From IMG/VR virus record IMGVR_UViG_3300047650_000023: a stretch of DNA of 64,000 bases. One strand, written 5' to 3'. Position numbers and translations under genes: made by a program. Shown piece by piece: positions 38,365-48,078 of this stretch (within the stretch, counting starts at the first letter, position 1; each line of letters starts with the position of its first letter). The notes under the pieces are model-generated. The model had not been told where the DNA came from, searched no databases, and saw only the letters and a list, made by a program, of their open reading frames with translations. The stretch comes from a virus.

Positions 38365-39015
38365 ATGTTATTTCAAGGAATTTTAAATAATGAATTTATT
38401 GTTAAAGATCCTGTTTCTACAGATATGTCAGAAACCACTTTAAAATCAGCCACACAGTCTGGAACAACAAATGTCTATAATGTTACTGGTATAGGTACAC
38501 TTTATGATGGTATGCCAATAACGGCACGTTTTGACACGGCAAGCACAGGAGCAATATCAATTATACTTAACGGTGGTACAACTACATATCCAGTTGTAGA
38601 TTTTACAAGCACAGGCTATTCAAACATTGCGGCTAATTCAATTTTATCTATGCGATACAATGCGGTAACTTCAAATTTTATGTCGTGGGTTAAAGGAGGT
38701 GATAAATCAAATCCGAATCTGACAGGGCTTGTGGTGACTTATGCAAATGCTCACGGTCAAAGTACGCTTGCGTTAAATCCAGGCTTTACGTCAGCGGGTC
38801 ATGCATACACTGCTACTTTAACAAGTAGTATTGGAACTGTAAATGTTACCGCAACAGCACAATATCCAAATTCCAAGCTGTCGATTGCCGGAACGCCGAT
38901 TACAAGCGGAGTAACTTATCCTTACATTATTGGAACAGGTACATCTATTGAAATTGACATAACGCAAGCCGATGGAACAGTGGTAACACCCTATATTATT
39001 ACACTGACACGTTGA
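38365..39015 (+). CDS. virion-associated protein with C-terminal cadherin-like beta-sandwich
   Basis: NLTGLVV...LNPGFTSAGHAYTATL...VNVTATA pattern. Confidence 0.6.
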   Translation: MLFQGILNNEFIVKDPVSTDMSETTLKSATQSGTTNVYNVTGIGTLYDGMPITARFDTASTGAISIILNGGTTTYPVVDFTSTGYSNIAANSILSMRYNAVTSNFMSWVKGGDKSNPNLTGLVVTYANAHGQSTLALNPGFTSAGHAYTATLTSSIGTVNVTATAQYPNSKLSIAGTPITSGVTYPYIIGTGTSIEIDITQADGTVVTPYIITLTR

Positions 39016-39068
39016 TAATTAAATAACAAGAAATTATAATATATAAATAAAGTTTTGAATTAATAATA

Positions 39069-40181
39069 TTATTCTTGTAAAATAATATTATCAACATTAG
39101 GTGTTCCTAAACCAGTGATTAAATCCCAACCTATTTGTGCTTTATAACCATTATTATCTTGACCGATTGTAATATCATTAAAACACTTATTTGAATTTGT
39201 ATAGCTTGTTTTACCTGCTAAATCATATAACGATCCTGCATTTTTTATAAAATGTCCATTCTGATTAATATCAGCTATAATTCCCGCCCAAGCAGGTACT
39301 CCCAAACTTGTTCCACCAGCAACATACCATTTGTTAGAATTATATACATTAACACCTGTAGAAGTATTAGCATCAAATGACACATCAGGACTTTTTCTAT
39401 AATTTCCACTAATTTTAAAATTAAAAGTAGTTTGCCATGATGGTTCTATTTCATAAGCACTTTGACCACCAAATGAATATTGCCATGTGCTTTCTTCATA
39501 TTTATTATTAGAATTTATTGATAATGTAGTACCTCCTACTGATATCACATTATTTGCTGTGGCAGGATATTGAGGTATACCATTACCATCACCTGAAGTT
39601 GATAAAAATATTACATTTGGATTTGAAAAATGATAGTCATACTGTATATCTTGAGCAAATTCATCAGTTCCCCAACTCATAGATACTATATTAGCACCAT
39701 TTTTAACAGCATAATCCACTGCATTTAACAAAGAATCTAAAGTATTATCTGCTTCAACAATCATTATATGAGCATCAGGAGCCATTGCATGTGACCATTC
39801 TGTATCGACTGATGTTTCAATTGACCAATTGCTCATATTAATATTAGTTGTATTTTTATTTAAATTAATAATAGATATATTAGCATTAGGTAAATTATAT
39901 TTAGCATCAAAAATTTTAACATCATTTTGAATATTAGAATCTCCGTAAGAAATAATCAATGCAATTGTTTGACCTTTACCTGTTGGTGTAATATTTGACA
40001 TATCATATGCTTGTTTTATTTGTGTTGGCGTATAACCTATATTAGCAGAAGAATTATTAGAATCGTTTGTTTGTATTAATGGTATAACAATTTGATTTTG
40101 ACTATTATTAACATTATTATTAAAACTGATACTAAATAAAATACATATTAATAGTATAGCAACTAATTTTATCTTTTTCAT
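39069..40181 (-). CDS. secreted S53 (sedolisin/kumamolisin) family peptidase, moron
   Basis: Signal peptide; E..D in IETSVDTEW, SMSWG, SGDG, PDVSFDA, GGTS nucleophile, GWDLITGLGTP. Confidence 0.9.
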   Translation of the reverse strand: MKKIKLVAILLICILFSISFNNNVNNSQNQIVIPLIQTNDSNNSSANIGYTPTQIKQAYDMSNITPTGKGQTIALIISYGDSNIQNDVKIFDAKYNLPNANISIINLNKNTTNINMSNWSIETSVDTEWSHAMAPDAHIMIVEADNTLDSLLNAVDYAVKNGANIVSMSWGTDEFAQDIQYDYHFSNPNVIFLSTSGDGNGIPQYPATANNVISVGGTTLSINSNNKYEESTWQYSFGGQSAYEIEPSWQTTFNFKISGNYRKSPDVSFDANTSTGVNVYNSNKWYVAGGTSLGVPAWAGIIADINQNGHFIKNAGSLYDLAGKTSYTNSNKCFNDITIGQDNNGYKAQIGWDLITGLGTPNVDNIILQE

Positions 40182-40212
40182 ATAAATCACTCTTTCTATA
40201 TTAGATTAACTA

Positions 40213-40241
40213 TATTATACAATTAATATAATGAAAAGTCA
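40213..40241 (-). promoter_or_regulatory. sigma-A type promoter of the S53 gene
   Basis: Minus strand TTGACT-N17-TATAAT. Confidence 0.8.
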
Positions 40242-40330
40242 AGCGGTTTAATACTATTATTTTAATTTGTTTTAGTTGAATATAATCAAATGTATACTTA
40301 TAAAATAATTTCACGAAAGGAGGACAAAAA

Positions 40331-40666
40331 ATGACAGATTGTATGAAAACTATTGGAATAATTAAAAGAGGCGATACTTTTTCATTTACTGTGTCTTTAA
40401 CTGATTCTTCAACAAATGAAGCATTAACAGGTATATCTGCTAATTTAAAATGTCAAGGAAAATATAAAGTTGATGATATAATACCTCTTGTTATTATGAC
40501 AGTTTCTGAAACTTCAATAGGTGGAACGTATCTTTTTACAGCTCCTTCAACTAATGCATGGAAATCTAGTAATGTTTATTTTGATATTCAATATACAAAT
40601 GATAGTGGAATAGTATCTTCAACTGAAACATTTTATGTTCAAGTAATAGGTGATATTACACGATGA
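40331..40666 (+). CDS. BppU N-terminal-like virion protein
   Basis: IKRGDTFSFTVSLTD...YFDIQY pattern. Confidence 0.5.
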   Translation: MTDCMKTIGIIKRGDTFSFTVSLTDSSTNEALTGISANLKCQGKYKVDDIIPLVIMTVSETSIGGTYLFTAPSTNAWKSSNVYFDIQYTNDSGIVSSTETFYVQVIGDITR

Positions 40667-41490
40667 GTGATATTAATTTTACTATTAATTCTACTTCTGC
40701 ACCAATTAAACTAGGTACTATCGGTATACGTTTAGCTGGTTTAAATGGAACTGCTACTGATGTTACATACACAAATGATACAGAGACTTATATTAGTGTA
40801 GGTGGTATATCAACTGGAGAAACATTTGATTCTCAGACTGTTGTGCAAATGTTTGATAGATTATTATACCCTTACGTTCAAGCATCAATAAGTTTAAATA
40901 GTTCACCAAATCCTTCTGTACAAGAATTTGGTACAAGTATAGATAGTGTTACTTTAAATGTTAATGTTACTAAAATGTCAAATAATATAACTAAAATTTG
41001 GTATTATAAAAATGGTGTGTTAATAAATGAAAATGATTCACCTAATCCTAATGGTGGCATGAATTCTTTTGTTGATAATAATAGTATAAACATGACAACA
41101 ACTTATTATGTTTCTGTAACTGATGACAAACCTTATACAATTAATAGTTCATCTACAACATTTCAATATGTGTATCCGTTTTATGTGGGAGATGTGTCTT
41201 CTCAAAACCCGACAGAATCAGATATAAAAGCCATGAATAAACAAGTTAAAGTTAAATCTAACACTACTTATAATTATACTTTAACAAATTCAAGATTTGC
41301 GATAGCATTTGATTCTTCGTTAGGATTACTAACACATATTTATGATGCTAATATGTTTGACATTACAAGTGATTTTACATTAAGTACTCTAATTTTTACA
41401 ATGTTGGATGGACAAAATATACAGTATAATGTTTATGTTAATAATAATATGACTACTCAAACAGGATTTAATGTTTATTATAATTTTTAA
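40663..41490 (+). CDS. virion structural protein, Ig-like
   Basis: GGISTGETF...MFDRLLYPY...YVYPFYVG pattern; T/S/N-rich. Confidence 0.55.
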   Translation: MSDINFTINSTSAPIKLGTIGIRLAGLNGTATDVTYTNDTETYISVGGISTGETFDSQTVVQMFDRLLYPYVQASISLNSSPNPSVQEFGTSIDSVTLNVNVTKMSNNITKIWYYKNGVLINENDSPNPNGGMNSFVDNNSINMTTTYYVSVTDDKPYTINSSSTTFQYVYPFYVGDVSSQNPTESDIKAMNKQVKVKSNTTYNYTLTNSRFAIAFDSSLGLLTHIYDANMFDITSDFTLSTLIFTMLDGQNIQYNVYVNNNMTTQTGFNVYYNF

Positions 41491-41512
41491 AATAAACTAA
41501 ACTTGAAAGGAG

Positions 41513-44500
41513 ATGATATATATTCCTATAAATCTTTCGTCAAATATATCAATGAATACTAATTTACCTATTGATTCTCGTTTCGTATTTCCTGATTTAG
41601 TTTCAAGAGATAATCTTAATATGTCTTTTCGATATATAGGTTTAAAATCATATGTAGTGTCTGAAAGTAGATTTTATTCTTTGAATTCCGATTTAGAAAC
41701 TTGGACGGCTGATGTTAATACTACAGATTTAAATACTAAGGTAGATAAAATAACAGGATATAGTTTGTCCGAGAACGACTTCAGCAATCAGTATAAATCA
41801 GATATAGATAATCTATCCACTGTGGCAACTTCTGGTCTGTACAGTGATTTAATCGAAACACCTCAAATTCCGAACAAAATAAGCCAATTAACAAATGATA
41901 CTAATTTTGCTATAGATAGTAATTATATACATACTGATAATAATTTTACAAGTCTTGAAAAGAATAAATTAGATAATCTTGCAACTGTTGCAAGTTCTGG
42001 TAATTATAATGATCTTCAGAATTTACCCACAATTAGTAATGGTGATGTAAATAGTGTTAATAATCAAACGGCTGATACAAGTGGAAATGTAGTTTTAACT
42101 ACTGCTAATATTAATGATTCCGTAGACAAACGATATATAACTGATACTGAAAAATCAATTATAAATGCAATATCAGGTATAAATACAGGAGATGAAACAC
42201 AATCTAGCATTGAATCAAAACTTGGCACAGCTTCATCTACTACAAATGGTTATCTAACTGAATCTGATTGGAATACATTTAATAATAAACAAACGGATTT
42301 AGGTTTTATACCTGAAAATATAATTAATAAAGATATTGCAAATGGGTATGCAGGATTAGATGTTAATAAAAAACTTATTGAGATGCCAACAGCAAGTGAT
42401 GTTGGTGCAGATGCGAGTGGAACTGCTACAAATGCCGTTTATATACATAATAACGATGTAAATGCTCATTCTGCTCTTTTTGAAAATAAAGTTGACAAGG
42501 TTAATGGTAAGGGGTTGTCAACCGTTGATTTTACAGATACAAACTATGTGCATACAGATAATAATTATACAACAACCGAAAAAGATAAATTAGCAGGAAT
42601 TGCAAATGGTGCAGAAGTTAATGTAAATGCAGATTGGAATGCTACAAGCGGAGAATCGCAAATACTTAATAAACCAACAAGTACAGCAACAGAAATTGAT
42701 ACTGCCGTAAGCGAAGCACATACTCATACTAATAAAAATGTTCTTGATGAATTATCTGATAATAGTGGTTTCTTAAATTATGATGGAAATCCAATTGGTG
42801 TTCAACCAGATTGGAATGAAAACGATAATAGTAAATTAGATTATATTAAAAATAAACCAAATTTAGCTACCGTTGCAACAAGTGGAAGTTATAATGATCT
42901 AATTAATAAACCTACAATTGTAGCAATTAATGATAGTGGTACTACAGGTGATATAACAGATACATATAGTGTAAATCAAATAATTACTCTTTTAGCAACA
43001 AAACAAGCATCTATTGTTATATCTTCAATAACACCATCATCTCCAACAACTAATTTAATTTGGATTGATACAACTCCACCATATACTTTACAAATTTATA
43101 ATGGAAGTTGGATTACTGTTGGTGGTACACAAATTAATTTTTGGACATCTGGAACAAACTATATTGTTGGAACACTTATTATTTATTCTAATGCTTTATA
43201 TATCTGTTCTAGCACTAATTCCAACACAACATGGAATCCAAATAATTGGACATTAATTGGTGCAAGTAGTTCAGCTCCTATATTTCCTGATTGGATTAGT
43301 GGTGGAAATTATATTCAATTTCAAATTATTGCTTATAATTCATTTTTATATCGTTTAAATAGAGATGCACCTAATTCAACTATTAGTCCTACGGCAGATA
43401 CATCATCTTATTGGTTTACTTTACTTGATAACTATTCTTATAAAGCAAATACATCGGACGTTAATTCTGCTTTAGCATTAAAGGCAGATAAAGTTATTGG
43501 AAGCACAGTTGGTGATATTGCAACACTTGATGTAAATGGAAATCTTGTTGATAGTGGAAGTAGTGTATCAACAATAAATTCAAATATAAGTACATTACAA
43601 ACTAATAGTGGTAGAATACAAATAAATAGTTCTGATACTTTTGATTACATAGGAAATAAAATTGATGGAACAACAATTCAAATTTTAACTAATAAAATTG
43701 TCGCTACAACTCTGAATGGATTAACAGCAACTATTACAGAATTAAATTATGTTCATGGCGCAGCATCAAGTCTACAGTCACAAATAAATGCGTTAGGTGC
43801 TGCTTTTCAGTTAAAAGGTAGTATTGCTACACATGCATTATTGATAGCCATTTCTTCACCTTCTGTTGGCGCTGCATATATTGTAAATTCAGATGAGTCT
43901 CAAAGTGGTTCACCTCAGGATTGGTATGTTTATACAAGTTCAGGTTGGGTGTTGATGGGTGTTACATCTATTACGGTTAGAAATTTTACAAGTAACCCTA
44001 TAAATTTAACAAGCGAAGTAACTGGAATTTTACCACAAGCTAATATGAATCTTGTTGGAATAGCTACTACCGCAAATTTAGCAACAAAGACTCAAATCAA
44101 TGATTCAGAAACATCTTCAAGTGTCGACACTTTTTCGATAACAAAATTAATGTCTTTGTTTAATGCAAAACAAAATAAAATAACGTTTGCTACAACTGAT
44201 CCAACTTCACCATCTATATATGATTTATGGGGAAACACTACAACTGATCCTGCTATTTTAAATTTTTATAATGGTTCTATATGGAAACAAATCGGAGGAA
44301 ATAGTGGAACAATCAGTAATTGGATTGCTTCAACTTCTTATAGTATAGGTCAACTTGTTATTTACAATGCTCAAATATACCAAACAAAAATTGCTAATTC
44401 GGATTCAGTTTTTAATTCTCTAAATTGGATAAATTTATCTTCTAACGCATCCATAACTTTCGCTGGTGATATAGCCGGAACTAATACTTCTCAAACAGTA

Positions 44501-46045
44501 GCAAAAATTCAAGGTATACCAATATCTACAGCAAGTATGACGAATGGACAGGTATTAGCTTATAATTCTACATCTGGTCAAATTCAAGCAACTAATGTTA
44601 ATATTTCTGGGATTGTGGGTTCAACACAAATTACACAGTCTGGTTCAGACATCACAATTGCACCCGCGACAGAACAAATATTTAATTATACTTCTTCAAG
44701 TAAGATACTTGCCAATATATACGAAGTTATACCTAGTTCCACTGTAAATGATACAACTGTTGCTTTTGATAGTGCGAGCAAATATAATCAGCAAAACAGC
44801 ACTTATACAAGTATAGGCACAGGAATTGCACAATTAGTAAACGGCGGCATTGACACCTATGCAAAGTTAATGTTTCACTTTGATGGTACAAATGGAAGTG
44901 CCATAATCACAGATAGTGAATTAACACCTAAAACAATAACCAATAATAATGTAACGATAAATACCTCATATTCTGAATTTGGGGGAGCAAGTGGATATTT
45001 TAATGGTACTTCAAGTGCCTTATCTATTCCGCATTCTTCTGATTTCGATTTTGGTTCAAATAATTTTACGGTAGATTTGTGGATTAATCCAGTATCTGTA
45101 TCTGGCAAATATTATGTGCTTTTTACCAATAGAGCGAGTAGCAGTCCAACTTATGGATTGGTTTTATGGCTTTATAACGGTAATGTTCAGATTAGTTTTT
45201 CATCAAATAATTCTACGTGGGTGTGGCAAGCCGCTACAATTATTAGCGGTGTTCCATATGGTACTTGGAGTCATGTTGAAATAGATCGAAACGGTTCTAA
45301 CTGGTATGGATTTTTAAATGGGGTTTTATCGAATACTCTTACTTCAGCATCTTCTATAGCTACTAGCACGTACCCATTAAGAATTGGGGGAGAAACTGAT
45401 TCAGACTGGTTTAATGGGTATATTGATGAATACAGAATAAGCAATGGAATATCAAGGCATACAGCTAATTTCACACCTGCGAATATAGCATATTATGCTT
45501 ATTTAAACAATGTCCCATCTTATATTTCAACAATTGGTGCATCTGACTATTCGTTAAGTACTATTTCTCAAATAAATTCATTAACAATACCTGTTACGAC
45601 ACCAACTAATACATCTATATTTATATTATGTTCATTTGATAATCGTAATAATTGGCTATATCACAATGGGACTGGTTGGCATATTTATAGCGGAAACTTA
45701 ACTTCCGTTTGGACAAGTAGCAATTTAAATACTGATTTGCAAACTTATTTCACCAATCTAACAATCACTCAATTAACTTCAGATTTATCTTCTTTAGGAG
45801 TTGTTCCTGTATCTCTTGATTTTATGTGGCAATTATATACAACAACTAACTCAGCTACTCCATCCATTTCCGCATTAACTTGTAATTATACAACTAATTC
45901 ACATCTTGAGGGTGCAAGTGTTGGTAGTTATTCTGATAGTTTAAGCAGATATGGGTTAAAGATTATTGGAAATACAAGTTTGTCTGTTAAAAACAAAGAT
46001 ACAATAAGTCATACTGTTAGAGTTTATACTGTTGTAAGTAGTTAA
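41513..46045 (+). CDS. giant tail fibre/adhesin with internal repeats, carbohydrate-binding-like modules and LamG domain
   Basis: 1510 aa; three LATVATSG-YNDL-type repeats; W..GTNY.VG.L..Y..ALY modules; LamG motifs FTVDLWIN, WSHV, FNGYIDEYRIS. Confidence 0.8.
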   Translation: MIYIPINLSSNISMNTNLPIDSRFVFPDLVSRDNLNMSFRYIGLKSYVVSESRFYSLNSDLETWTADVNTTDLNTKVDKITGYSLSENDFSNQYKSDIDNLSTVATSGLYSDLIETPQIPNKISQLTNDTNFAIDSNYIHTDNNFTSLEKNKLDNLATVASSGNYNDLQNLPTISNGDVNSVNNQTADTSGNVVLTTANINDSVDKRYITDTEKSIINAISGINTGDETQSSIESKLGTASSTTNGYLTESDWNTFNNKQTDLGFIPENIINKDIANGYAGLDVNKKLIEMPTASDVGADASGTATNAVYIHNNDVNAHSALFENKVDKVNGKGLSTVDFTDTNYVHTDNNYTTTEKDKLAGIANGAEVNVNADWNATSGESQILNKPTSTATEIDTAVSEAHTHTNKNVLDELSDNSGFLNYDGNPIGVQPDWNENDNSKLDYIKNKPNLATVATSGSYNDLINKPTIVAINDSGTTGDITDTYSVNQIITLLATKQASIVISSITPSSPTTNLIWIDTTPPYTLQIYNGSWITVGGTQINFWTSGTNYIVGTLIIYSNALYICSSTNSNTTWNPNNWTLIGASSSAPIFPDWISGGNYIQFQIIAYNSFLYRLNRDAPNSTISPTADTSSYWFTLLDNYSYKANTSDVNSALALKADKVIGSTVGDIATLDVNGNLVDSGSSVSTINSNISTLQTNSGRIQINSSDTFDYIGNKIDGTTIQILTNKIVATTLNGLTATITELNYVHGAASSLQSQINALGAAFQLKGSIATHALLIAISSPSVGAAYIVNSDESQSGSPQDWYVYTSSGWVLMGVTSITVRNFTSNPINLTSEVTGILPQANMNLVGIATTANLATKTQINDSETSSSVDTFSITKLMSLFNAKQNKITFATTDPTSPSIYDLWGNTTTDPAILNFYNGSIWKQIGGNSGTISNWIASTSYSIGQLVIYNAQIYQTKIANSDSVFNSLNWINLSSNASITFAGDIAGTNTSQTVAKIQGIPISTASMTNGQVLAYNSTSGQIQATNVNISGIVGSTQITQSGSDITIAPATEQIFNYTSSSKILANIYEVIPSSTVNDTTVAFDSASKYNQQNSTYTSIGTGIAQLVNGGIDTYAKLMFHFDGTNGSAIITDSELTPKTITNNNVTINTSYSEFGGASGYFNGTSSALSIPHSSDFDFGSNNFTVDLWINPVSVSGKYYVLFTNRASSSPTYGLVLWLYNGNVQISFSSNNSTWVWQAATIISGVPYGTWSHVEIDRNGSNWYGFLNGVLSNTLTSASSIATSTYPLRIGGETDSDWFNGYIDEYRISNGISRHTANFTPANIAYYAYLNNVPSYISTIGASDYSLSTISQINSLTIPVTTPTNTSIFILCSFDNRNNWLYHNGTGWHIYSGNLTSVWTSSNLNTDLQTYFTNLTITQLTSDLSSLGVVPVSLDFMWQLYTTTNSATPSISALTCNYTTNSHLEGASVGSYSDSLSRYGLKIIGNTSLSVKNKDTISHTVRVYTVVSS

Positions 46046-46073
46046 TAAATTAAGAAAGAAGTGATAATTATAT

Positions 46074-46427
46074 ATGATTGCTTATATTTATAGATCAAAT
46101 GACAATATTATTACCAATAAAATTAATAATATTATTAGTGTTGATACCAATTTTGATGGATGTATAACAATTGTAGGTGATACAACTGAAATACTTGGTA
46201 GTATATATAATTATATTGTATTATCAAATGATTTACCTAATCAAAATATCGGTGATGTTTTTAATGAAGATCACCTTACAGACGTAAGTTCTATGTTAGA
46301 TTTGACAGAAAATCAAATCTTATTAAACGATATATCTAGTCTACAGACTCAAATTAATGATCTGACAACTAATTTTAATGATTTTGTAGATTATATTTTA
46401 ACTAATGTTCCTAATCTACCACAGTAA
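46074..46427 (+). CDS. hypothetical protein (fibre chaperone position)
   Basis: 117 aa following the fibre gene, with a C-terminal short coiled coil. Confidence 0.55.
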   Translation: MIAYIYRSNDNIITNKINNIISVDTNFDGCITIVGDTTEILGSIYNYIVLSNDLPNQNIGDVFNEDHLTDVSSMLDLTENQILLNDISSLQTQINDLTTNFNDFVDYILTNVPNLPQ

Positions 46428-46441
46428 AGGAGGTGATATAA

Positions 46442-46663
46442 ATGGCAGCACAAATTTTAAGTTTTATGGTTTCTACTTATGCAATGGAAATTTACATTCA
46501 AGGAACTAACACTCTTACGGCAATTCCAAGTAGTTATTATATTCCTGTAGAAGAATACGCCGCAACAAATTATACAGGTATACAGATTGAACAAGCTTGG
46601 TCAAATGGTTGGATAACAGCACAGCAATATCAAGAAACAATGTCTTATGTACCAGTAAAATAA
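46442..46663 (+). CDS. XkdX-like small protein
   Basis: C-terminal GWITAQQYQE motif; SD GGAGGTG. Confidence 0.55.
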   Translation: MAAQILSFMVSTYAMEIYIQGTNTLTAIPSSYYIPVEEYAATNYTGIQIEQAWSNGWITAQQYQETMSYVPVK

Positions 46664-46756
46664 AATGTGTAATTGATGGGGGTTTCAAAAAGAGGGTAAA
46701 TTAATATACCCTCTTTAAATTTAAGAAATTAATAAAGAAAAGAAAGAGGAATTTTA

Positions 46757-47215
46757 ATGAATTATACTATTATTCTAGCCGTTCTTATTTTAGTAGTTGG
46801 TATGGTAGTTGCGTATTTTACAGGTAGTTTTATTACGAAAAAAGGTATCTCAATAAAAACTGTTGAAACTGATGTAGAAAAAGTTATTAATTATGCTGAA
46901 AGCGCGGCAGATGCACTTGCGCCATTTTTACCGTCACCTTACAATTCAATTATAAGTGTTATTGAAAAGTATGTTGCTAAAGCAGTAAATACAGTTGAGA
47001 GTTTGTATAATGCTTCACAACTTACTGGTGATCAGCGTAAAGTTGCAGCAACAACTATTATCACAAAAGATTTGCAAGATTTACATATTAATGTTGATGC
47101 GAATGTTCAGAAACTTATTTCTGTTGCTATTGATTCAGCTTGTATAGTACTTCCTAATCATATTACTACTACTGTGGCTACAAGTGCTACAAGTACAGAA
47201 GTAACAAAAAAGTAA
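46757..47215 (+). CDS. phage holin (LL-H-like)
   Basis: Single N-terminal TM, then KAVNTVESLY...GDQRK pattern. Confidence 0.65.
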   Translation: MNYTIILAVLILVVGMVVAYFTGSFITKKGISIKTVETDVEKVINYAESAADALAPFLPSPYNSIISVIEKYVAKAVNTVESLYNASQLTGDQRKVAATTIITKDLQDLHINVDANVQKLISVAIDSACIVLPNHITTTVATSATSTEVTKK

Positions 47216-47427
47216 TTTAGTTTTGAGAACAGAGGATTAGTCGATAGATTAGTCTTCTGATTTGAAAACTAAATAAGCAATTTCAAGTTTCAAGTTATTA
47301 TATGGCAAAAATTTAGTCATAAAATTGATATGTTGAAAGGTGGTATTGATAATATTAATCGGATTATATTTGATAGATACTTAAAATAGACACAATAAAT
47401 AAATTAAAAAGTTGAGGTATTGAAACT

Positions 47428-48033
47428 ATGAATACAAAAACCAAACTTGAAACAATTAATCTTGATGAACTTTTAGGCAATCAAGCACAGTTATCTCCTG
47501 CTACATATCAGTATTATAAATGTCTAAATGAGAGGAAAATAATAATTAATGATGAAATAACGTCTGATATAGTTGAAAATTATATTCTTCCTTTATTAGA
47601 ATGGGATAATGATGGAACAGGAAATCCAATAGATATAATTTTAAATTCTTGTGGAGGTTCTGTTTTTGACGGATTAGTGCTTTGTAATATTATTGAAAAG
47701 TTAAAAACACCTACAACCATTACTGTTTTAGGATATGCTTATTCAATGGCAGGTTTGATTTTGTTAAGCGGAGCAAATAACAAAAATGTATTCCGTAAAT
47801 GTTATGAATTTTCTACAGGTTTGATACATTCGGGGCAATCGTGTCTCGAAGGAAGTACGTCTATTGTAAAAGATACCTTTAAATTTCAAGAAAAAATTGA
47901 TATTAAAATTAAAGAATTTATCTTAACTCATTCAAAAATTACAGAAGAAGAATATGAAAAAATGGAACGGTACGAATGGTACATGACTAGCGATGAAATG
48001 ATTCGTACTGGACTTATTGATGAAATAATATAA
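47428..48033 (+). CDS. clpP: ClpP-family protease
   Basis: RKIIINDEI, INSPGG-like LNSCGGSVFDG, catalytic Ser in AYSMA and His in LIH, WYMTSDE. Confidence 0.88.
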   Translation: MNTKTKLETINLDELLGNQAQLSPATYQYYKCLNERKIIINDEITSDIVENYILPLLEWDNDGTGNPIDIILNSCGGSVFDGLVLCNIIEKLKTPTTITVLGYAYSMAGLILLSGANNKNVFRKCYEFSTGLIHSGQSCLEGSTSIVKDTFKFQEKIDIKIKEFILTHSKITEEEYEKMERYEWYMTSDEMIRTGLIDEII

Positions 48034-48078
48034 ACAAAAATAATTGACAATTAAAATCTACTAAAATAAAAATGAAAG

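Noticed and set aside
35346-46045. Recombinase-driven tail-fibre shufflon
   Set aside because: I found no inverted promoterless fibre cassettes or repeated crossover sites; the only inverted gene is the S53 peptidase with its own promoter.
36482-46045. Diversity-generating retroelement acting on fibre genes
   Set aside because: No reverse transcriptase and no near-identical TR/VR repeat pair were seen in this window.
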